This document shows positions 55,413 through 64,000 of a stretch of 64,000 nucleotides of DNA, piece after piece. This stretch comes from Eledone cirrhosa (lineage: Eukaryota). Position 1 is the stretch's first letter, and each line of letters opens with the position of its first letter. Position numbers and translations under genes: made by a program. The notes beneath the pieces are model-generated. The model had not been told where the DNA came from. It made no database searches and worked only from the letters and a program-made list of their open reading frames with translations. The DNA lies in contig OZ024742.1 in assembly GCA_964016885.1 (NCBI GenBank), positions 75,082,001 to 75,146,000 on the forward strand. Direction: 5' to 3'.

Positions 55413-55434
55413 GAACTACTACTACTACTACTAT

Positions 55435-55492
<58 letters not shown>
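55413..55492. repeat. (CTA)n microsatellite
   Basis: Direct reading. Confidence 0.95.
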
Positions 55493-57567
55493 GAGGAGCA
55501 CGAGGCACTATCTAAAATAGTTTTCAAGGATGATGGTTAAAGAACATTAGAATGGTATGAACATATAGGTATTACGAAGCATGTGTGGATGCACAAGATT
55601 AAGAAAACGTGGAGGACAAGGAAAGACGTTTCTCAATGACCATTAACATTTGATAAATATTAAAGAACGGAATAAATATAAAATTGTTGAAAACAAATAA
55701 TAACTAAAACAAGATATTATTTTCATAATGAAAAAACACATAAAATGAGTGGGGCTCGTGCTAGACCACCTCACAACGTTACTCTCCTGCCATTCATTAT
55801 ATGGACATAAGTTACAGTAATAGGTGGTCGTAAACAATTTTAGTGTCCTGAAATTCGCCAACATTCCACCGTTATCGTGTCTTCTGTATGTCGTCCTTAT
55901 TTCTTCTGCCTCATACAGCACATTTTTCCCTCCACCGCTTTCATAGATGTCCAAATTGGATTTGAGGGATATGTTGGCTAATTGCACGATCGGGAACTTC
56001 ACGTCGTCCTATTGAGTGGTGTATACTTTGTATGTCTACGCTCCATTTGCTTTCTTTCGTCGAACATCGGTTCATTCTTCTTTTTCTTCACAAGGAATTT
56101 AAATTTCTCTCTAACTCCATATTCACACACCATCTTCATAAGTGGCTGGAAAGAGTCCGCTGATAGTTGCCTTCAACATCATCCATTTATGCAAATGAAG
56201 AAAAGTTTTGACTGGCGGGACGATTAGAAGAACAACCTCCAGGACCTTCTCTTATTATTGCTCATTTGTTGCCGTTCACCACTCTTTTGCATTTCCGGTC
56301 CTTTTACCTTCTTGAGGTAAACATTCTTCAAGTAAGTTTTGCTGCCAGATCTGAGCTATCTTCCATGCACCACTAAATCCATTGTTCGTCCTTCCGTACT
56401 CCCGAAGGGGAGCAGTTCCCAAACCCCGAGTAACCCTGTTGAAAAAGCCTTAAGTCTGTCTTGAGCCTGGAGGCTCAACAAGACGGTGCCTATCCCGGTT
56501 TCTGTGATTTGAAGCGATTGAGAGTACACCTTCCCCCTCCTCCTAAGCGAGGGGTCACTACAGGACACAAAGATAAAGTATTCTAATTTACTAAGAGGCG
56601 TCCTGGGGCAAGAACCACGATCACGTGTTAATAGATTATAGAGCTGATATACGCCTTAACTTTCTCTGTCCAACCTTTCAAAGCTAGAATAATGTCAATC
56701 CATTTATGATTGATACTGGTACATGCGAGCAAACTTATAATTTTGTAACCCCGGGAGGTACAGCTCGAAACAGATCACAGAAACGTTAATCAGACCATTC
56801 ATTCAACAACAGGCAACGATATCAGCACTGTTGTCTAACATGGACTAACCTCTCCAGAAGACGAGTTATGAGATCACTGACTCATCAAGACAATAAACGT
56901 TCTCGTCACCACTCCATCATCATAATGGTAATGTTTTATAAGGTAATGTTTTATAAGGTGATAAAAAATCTATCTTCAAGATTTCACTCACCATTTCATT
57001 TCACTCCGATTTCATTCCAATTGCACATTTAATTAATTACTAAAGTAAGACATGCGAGTCTTCAATTATTTTCCTTTTTCTTACAAATACTTTTTACTAA
57101 GTGATGTTTTACGAAATTTCCCACTTGCCTTTCTCATTTTCTGTGATTCGCTTGGTAAGTATATTGACAGCTAAGCTTCACTAAAGAGATCATAATAAGT
57201 GTAAAACATAACTGTAATCGGCTACTGCATATGCTAAAACAGGTTTTTAAATGTTTACTGCATTAGATACCTCAACGTAACTCCATTTTCCTTGTCGTTA
57301 GTGATACTGAATTATTTATTCTAAATGGTTCTATTTCCCCTGTAAAACGATGTACAAACTTGCATATTTGCTTTATAAACATTTCAAAACTACATTGGCA
57401 AATGAGTTACAGGATTTACTTCAATTCTATTCAAGAGAGGTGTGATACATAAATATTTAATCAACAGTAATATAAGCAATTCTATCATTCTCTAGAGTTC
57501 TGTCTTTATAACAATTCTGAGGTAAGTGAAATATATCATTGTATACACACACACACAACCCCCGCCT

Positions 57568-57698
<131 letters not shown>

Positions 57699-58099
57699 GT
57701 ATATATATATGGTGGCTGCACATTCGATTTCGAGTAATACCATCGCTTGATCTTTTTAGTCCTGCTAGGGACTTGGCTATGGCCAGCAATAACATGAATC
57801 ACAAAATATGTCACATATCAAGCGAGGCCTGTGCTTGAAGCTTTTTTAAGTGAGGAAAAGCTTTGCACGGAGCAAATCCCACTCTGAACATCGAATGCAT
57901 TTTCCCCAAAAGAAGTGGTCTTCATTGGATGCAAACGAAGTCACAGGTTTTATATGAGAGTAACATTCTCCAAGAGAGATCTCTTAATGAAGATTACGAG
58001 TCTCTCGTTCCACAAAAAGAAAAACAAAACTTTAATGGATGGCCGTTGACTCTCTTGAGTTCCTCTCATTTTGACGGCTTTTGTTTTTTTATCCCGCAG

Positions 58100-58206
58100 G
58101 GTGTTCAAAATCACCCTCCTCATCAAGCAAGCTTGGTGGGGTTGCCGGTTTAATCACCGACGACCCGACCATGTACAAGCTGTACTGGATTACAGGTTAC
58201 CAGTAG
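58100..58206 (+). CDS. Candidate host-gene exon (product unknown)
   Basis: Strong acceptor ttgtttttttatcccgcag (58081-58099), then GC-richer sequence reading CSKSPSSSSKLGGVAGLITDDPTMYKLYWITGYQ* in one frame. Another frame is open for 168 bp to a gtgagt donor at 58268. Confidence 0.4.
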
Positions 58207-58529
58207 CGTTGAAGAGCGACCTGACACTAGGTTTTGAAGCCGCATATATCATGTTGGTCAGTCTGATGTGAGTGGTGATGCCTTTCATAGCAGCATGCGC
58301 GCCGTAAGCGTTTCACGAAAGTATCGATTTTTTTACTCCACGCACACACATACCCCCCCCTCCCCCCTCCTTCCCCAGTAAATCAAGATGATAACTACAT
58401 TGCATTTCCCCTTGACAATTCTTCAACAAAGTCTAATACTTCCTGCACCATCACAACTACAGCTTATACCCAACTTAGTATTATACCCAACTTATGGCCA
58501 ACTTAGTATTTTACCGACTCGTCAATCAC

Positions 58530-58895
58530 CTAAGCCAGGCCCCTGATGAGGTGGGCAGTACATTGCAATTCTGTTTGTCAACATATATAAACACACACAC
58601 GCACACACACACACGCGCACATCCACACACTTGTGCAATGACACACCGACCCATGAAAAATATATATAAAATATATATAATATTTATATATAATCAATTT
58701 ATTCTAAAACCTTTCTTTAACAGCTTATACAGAACCCATACCCTTATATGGACAACTTATTATTTTAACATGTCAAACACCTAAGCCACGACTCTGATGA
58801 AATGGACAGTGCATTGTAAATCCGTTTGTCAATAGTTTGGAATTAGCTGTCGAAACGGCAAGAGCTCAGCCGCCGGGTCTCGACTCTTTCTAATA
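58530..58895 (+). mobile_element. Family C element with degenerate HHR (58790-58880) and a duplicated 5' half (58530-58583)
   Basis: CTGATGA...gtc GAAA cggc aagagctca gccg CC gggtc. The upstream copy ggccc CTGATGA supplies a matching stem I. Confidence 0.55.
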
Positions 58896-59763
58896 TTATA
58901 TATATATATTAATAAGAAAATGAGGGGTTTTTTCATGAAAAAAATGAGGTGTCCTCCACGAGTGAAAGTATAAGGAAAAGAAATCGAAAATGCAACTGGA
59001 GTCTTTTTAAGAATATTTATTTATTTATTTGTTTTCTTTATCGGTTTCACAGTTCTTATGCTTTTCAAAAGTATAATTGAGATGGAGGGTTTGTGGTTTT
59101 TCTCGCATCTGGTTGCTGTTCTAAAGTTATTTCTGTTTTATGTGTAAAGATTGGCTCGAATTGCTGGGGTTTTTAATAGTTTGGTTGGTTGGTGACTGTC
59201 ACGTGAATAAGTATAATATATTTCGCACCAGTTCGCGTTACGAAGTTCTTATTGTATTTGCCTTTAAAGATGTGGCTCAAATTGTTTATTGCCATTTTCA
59301 ATTAAAAATGTGGCTCACATTGTTTTCTTCTTCTTATAAATGTAATTTGGTTGGTTGATGACTGTCACGTGGATAAGGACATCAAATTTCGCGCCAGTTC
59401 GTGTTTGGGGGTTCTTTAATGTCATTTTGAAAGTCACATGATTTGTCATAGAATGTTTTATGCGAAACAAAAGATAATGGTCAAGAAATTGGAGGGGGAG
59501 AAATCGTTCTGGTTCAGTGAGTATGGCTAATGTGCTGAGGTGTGAAAATTCAGACTTTCTATTGAAATAAATTGAATGTTTGTGTTGATAGTGTTGGTGG
59601 TGGTGGTAGTGTCAGGGTAGAAAATAGGAATATATTTCTTTAATTGTGTGCGGATGGGTGTGTGTTTGTGTGTGTGTGTGTAGGGAAATGGTTCCATTAG
59701 TAGAAATGGAGGAGGGTGTTATGGTTAGCATGTTAAGGTGTTAAAATATCAACGTATGTTAAA

Positions 59764-59803
<40 letters not shown>

Positions 59804-60041
59804 TATAAAGTATGTCCTTAGAATCATTTGATAATATATATACACCATTTTCTCTCCCAATTAGCATAATTAACCACACAAAAAATCAATTAAACCAGGC
59901 TATAACATTAAAAGGCACCTATGAAAAAATAGTAGATAAATAAACGACAACAATCTCTTCGCGATAAAACGCCATAGAATATTTACCCAACATTTCAACA
60001 GCACGTGGAAATCGATTAAATATACCGTCAACCATACACAA

Positions 60042-61398
60042 TCTATATATATAAAACTGTGGTTGTCTGTCTGTCTATCGATTTTTGGCACACATCTCCT
60101 CTTAGAATCTCTCACGGAATTGCACCGAAATTGCTATACTTGTACATTGAGCCCTAGCGAAGACATCGGAAAAAAAATATTTCAAATTGACCCGCCCTAT
60201 CTGACGAAATCGAATATAATGTATCGATTTTTGAGCGTAAGTGATCAGTTATTTCCCTTTGTTCTGTTTACATTGAGCGTCTTACGTAAAAAATTACGCT
60301 GGCTTTCTCAGCGTTTAAAATGACATTAACACAATACACGAACAGTTGCTTCATTTCCATTTAAAAGCCTTTTAAAACAATATTTTTACTTGAAAACAAG
60401 TCTATTTAAAGACTACGTAAAACAAGCAAATATTTCGTAAAAAAAAGCAAAAATTATATAAGTTTATTTAAAATATATGTATCTGTAAATTTCGTTAGGC
60501 GTGCAGACAGACAGTCGTGCAGACAGACAGTCGTGCAGAGAGGTGATATAGGCGTGCAGCCAGACAGTCGTGCAGAGAGGTGATATACGTGTGCAGACAG
60601 AAAGTCGTGCAGAGAGGTGATATACGCGTGCAGACAGACAGTCGTGCAGAGAGGTGATATAGGCGTGCAGACAGACAGTCGTGCAGAGAGGTGATATAGG
60701 CGTGCAGACAGACAGTCGTGCAGAGAGGTGATATAGGCGTGCAGACAGACAGTCGTGCAGAGAGGTGATATAGGCGTGCAGACAGACATAACTGATAATT
60801 TGGTTACGCTAATGTTTTTCTCTGCGTTGCAGTGTTTACATTTTCGATCTTTGTTAATAAGTAACCAGTGCAGTTTTTATCCCCAGCATCCTCTTTTGTT
60901 ATAACATTCGAGTTATCGTTATGTTTTCTTAACTTCATAAGGCATATTGTTGGTTGAGGGAATATTAATAAAAAACACCACATGCAAGTCTGCACAGTAG
61001 ACACTACAGTTTTTAAGCCAAAAAAGAAACTTAACATTGTAACTTTAACACAGCTACTGAGCGACCCCGAGCAACGCCGGGCTTTACTGCTAGTAACTGA
61101 TAATTTGGTTACGCTAATGTTTTTCTCTGCGTTGCAGTGTTTACATTTTCGATCTTTGTTAATAAATAACCAGTGCAGTTTCTATCCCCAGCATCCTCTT
61201 TTGTTATAACATTCGGGTTATCGTTATGTTTTCTTAACTTCATAAGGCATATTGTTGGTTGAGGGAATATTAATCAAAAACACCACATGCAAGTCTGCAC
61301 AGTAGACACTACAGTTTTTAAGCCAAGAAAGAAACTTAACATTGTAACTTTAACACAGCTACTGAGCGACCCCGAGCAACGCCGGGCTTTACTGCTAG
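60042..61398 (+). mobile_element. Non-autonomous Helitron with duplicated 3' end and internal 37-bp tandem array
   Basis: 5' end A|TCTATATATATAAA. Hairpin cccgagcaacgccggg + CTAG occurs at both 61093 and 61398|T. The 305-bp units are 60789-61093 and 61094-61398. The 37-bp repeat aggcgtgcagacagacagtcgtgcagagaggtgatat spans ~60497-60787. Confidence 0.85.
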
Positions 61399-61453
61399 TT
61401 AGGTATAAAATTAAAGTTAGAAGAAAAAATGCATATACACATACCAGGATTAC

Positions 61454-61533
61454 GTTTCTACCCTAGGGTTTCGTTCGCATTTGGAAATATCCTGTTAAGG
61501 ATAAAATCTCAAGCTTCGAACTCATCAGGAAAC
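61454..61533 (-). ncRNA. Hammerhead ribozyme (type I, extended stem II)
   Basis: Reverse complement reads gtttc CTGATGA gttcg...cgaac GAAA ccctaggg TA gaaac. Confidence 0.88.
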
Positions 61534-62265
61534 AAACTCATTTGGACAAAGATTTTCCTAAGTGATCTCCGCCAGAAACGAATTCAAAATGGCTAAGAAC
61601 TGTGACGTGGCAGTGGTCAAGTCAGAAATAATGTGATTGGTTACTTACGGCGAGTGGGCTGGTTGCTAGAAAGCGCAGCCCAATATTGCCCACATTGCAT
61701 CTTAACCATATGGGAGATTATTAAACATAAATATGTACATATGCACAAACTAGACAAAGTTACAGATATATATGTTTTGGCAACCATTCACGATGTGGCT
61801 CAATGATGAATTAATAAATTAAATAATCAGAGCAACATACTATAAAGTATGTGCTTAGAATCATTTGATAATATATATACACCATTTCCTCTCCCAATTA
61901 GCATAATTAACCACACAAAAAATCAATTAGACCAGGCTATAAGATTAAAAGGCACCTATGAAGAAATAGTAGATAAATAAACGACAGCAATCTCTTCGCG
62001 ACCAACCGCCATAGAATATTTACCCAACATTTCAACAGCACGTGGAAATCGATTAAATATATCGTCAACCATACACAATTATATATATATATATATATAT
62101 ATATACACTTTAACATACGTTAATATTTCTATATATATATCTGTATATGTATAAATATTTCGTATCTCCTAGGAAATATGGTTTTAGGAAGCCGTAGCTA
62201 TGCAAACACCGTGGTAGGGGGGCTAACGCCTTATGGTGACGTGCAACAGAAAAAACAAGGGGGAA

Positions 62266-62309
62266 ACCGTCTATGCATTTCAGGCTTAACTGGCCTTCGT
62301 CAGGACGGT
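62266..62309 (-). ncRNA. Hammerhead ribozyme (minimal type I, family A)
   Basis: Exact reverse complement of 62658-62701. Confidence 0.88.
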
Positions 62310-62657
62310 CCCTTCCACCGCTTGCGACTGCTGGACTAGAAGACATATATACATTTCTCGTATGTGTAAATTAGGTGATTAATCTCATTTGCATATGAAG
62401 CTGCATAAGTTGGTTCAACTTATAATAAAAAAGAAATAGGATTTCGCTTCAAGCATAGTTTTATACAATATGTATAAATATTTCGTATCTCCAAGGAAAT
62501 ACGGTTTTAGGAAGCCGTAGATATGCAAACACCGGGGGGCTAACGCCTTCATATGCAGCTTCATATGCAAATGAGATTAATCACCTCATTTACACAGACG
62601 AGAAATATATATATTCTCGCCTGTCTTCTAGTCCAGCAGTCGCAAGCGATGGGAGGG

Positions 62658-62701
62658 ACCGTCCTGACGAAGGCCAGTTAAGCCTGAAATGCATAGACGG
62701 T
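62658..62701 (+). ncRNA. Hammerhead ribozyme (minimal type I, family A)
   Basis: accgtc CTGACGA aggc cagttaa gcct GAAA tgca TA gacggt. Confidence 0.9.
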
Positions 62702-62847
62702 TGTCCCCCTTTGTTCTGCTGGACATCACCAGAGGGCGTTAGCCCCCCGGTATTTGCATAGCTACGGCTTCCTAAAACCTGTTTTCCTTGGAGATACGAA
62801 ATATTTATACATATTGTATAAAGCTATGCTTGAAGCGAAATCCTATT

Positions 62848-62926
<79 letters not shown>

Positions 62927-63147
62927 TACATATATAAATATATATATATATTAATACATATTACACCCACACATATATATATAAATATGAAAGAGATAAG
63001 TGGGTATGTTTAGGAAACCGTACAATGCAGGTGGGTTTAAATTACCAAGAAAATACATCAGAGAGAATTGAGAGAGGGAAAGTAAAAGACAAAAAAACAA
63101 AACAAAACAAAAGGAAAATGAGAGAAATATAAGGACAAGAATGATTT

Positions 63148-63190
63148 ATTCCCAAACTCTTTCGGATTATACATCCATTATCAAGGAGGA
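63148..63190 (-). ncRNA. Hammerhead-like motif, U3-A8 variant
   Basis: Reverse complement reads tcc TTGATAA t ggat gtata atcc GAAA gagt TT ggg. Confidence 0.45.
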
Positions 63191-63682
63191 TCCGTAGGGG
63201 GAACATAAAGAAATCGGAGATTTATTTTCCTGGTCGCTGTTGTATATATATAACAATAACTGTTAATTGCCTTAACATGAAGCCAAAATGACACCAAGTG
63301 AAACCAAGCAAATATTATCTCCATAAACCTAAACTCAACTCATGAGATACATACCCTACTTGACATAAAGTAAAAACAATCAGACCATTCACAAATATAC
63401 TCTAAACACTTCTAGCATACCGGTAAACAAACCTACATCAATTATTGGTATGGGAGCGACAGACGTCATCGGGCTACAGCTATCGTATTACATAGTTTCT
63501 ATATAACTCATTAGGGACACAACCCCGTTATGTAATTGTTATTGTACCTACACAGAAACAGAATAATTAGCAAAAAATAACTCCGACTCTATATCACCAG
63601 CGAATAAGAACCGAATGTATACTATATTATGTTCTATCGAACATTTTAATAAATAAATATGCCATTATCATAGCTACACACA

Positions 63683-63725
<43 letters not shown>

Positions 63726-64000
63726 ACCACACACACAGAATGAAACTACTTGCTTAACTTGCAATTATCTATTAACCTAATCTAAACCTTTCTAGAAATC
63801 AGCAACCCACTTAACGAACAGACAAACCCGATAAAAAAATGACATCAAACTACACCCTCTAACAATCCTTTACACACATTACACAAAACCTGAAACTAAC
63901 CATTAACTTAATAATTTACCGCCCCCGCAAAAAACAACAACAAAAAACAACAACAAAAAACAACAACAAAAAACAAAAATCAACAACAACGCACAAAAAA

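Larger units (their letters stand above)
59801..62080 (-). mobile_element. HHR-bearing element with ~240-bp direct repeats (59801-60041, 61838-62080), interrupted by a Helitron
   Basis: Direct repeat read by eye. HHR at 61454-61533. Flanked by (TA)n. Confidence 0.8.
62143..62853. mobile_element. Family A compound fold-back element (two opposed HHR units)
   Basis: Arms at 62428-62548 and 62733-62853. 62143-62408 is an inverted copy of ~62548-62817. Confidence 0.85.

Noticed and set aside
55643-56570. ORF 55643..56002 and adjacent GC-richer sequence
   Set aside because: No recognisable motifs. Probably old repeat debris.
60497-60787. 37-bp repeats as a CRISPR array
   Set aside because: The units are head-to-tail with no unique spacers, lie inside a Helitron, and the context is eukaryotic with no cas genes.

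Overview
Eukaryotic, AT-rich, repeat-dominated DNA. It resembles invertebrate, possibly cephalopod/octopus, sequence; that is an inference from repeat style only. No complete host gene is visible, only one candidate exon near 58.1 kb. The window contains: (1) three large 5'-truncated Penelope-like elements (PLEs; RT + GIY-YIG) of different lineages at about 9.9-12.6, 14.0-16.3 and 21.2-24.1 kb, plus many PLE 3' stubs and short fold-back mini-elements, nearly all embedded in (TA)n; (2) about 20 type I hammerhead ribozyme (HHR) motifs read by eye in these repeats, from many unrelated families, most with palindromic stem III, including U3-A8 and U4C core variants and long stem II forms; (3) decayed LINEs: an R4/Dong-like fragment, an RTE-like element with an inverted 5' half, two RTE 3' ends, and a CR1-like element; (4) three non-autonomous Helitrons; (5) a 13.3-kb 15-bp minisatellite with higher-order structure next to a 1.6-kb 25-bp minisatellite. 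The most notable system is the dense, diverse population of (TA)n-associated, HHR-bearing PLE mini-elements. Most ORFs in the supplied track are microsatellite or minisatellite artefacts.
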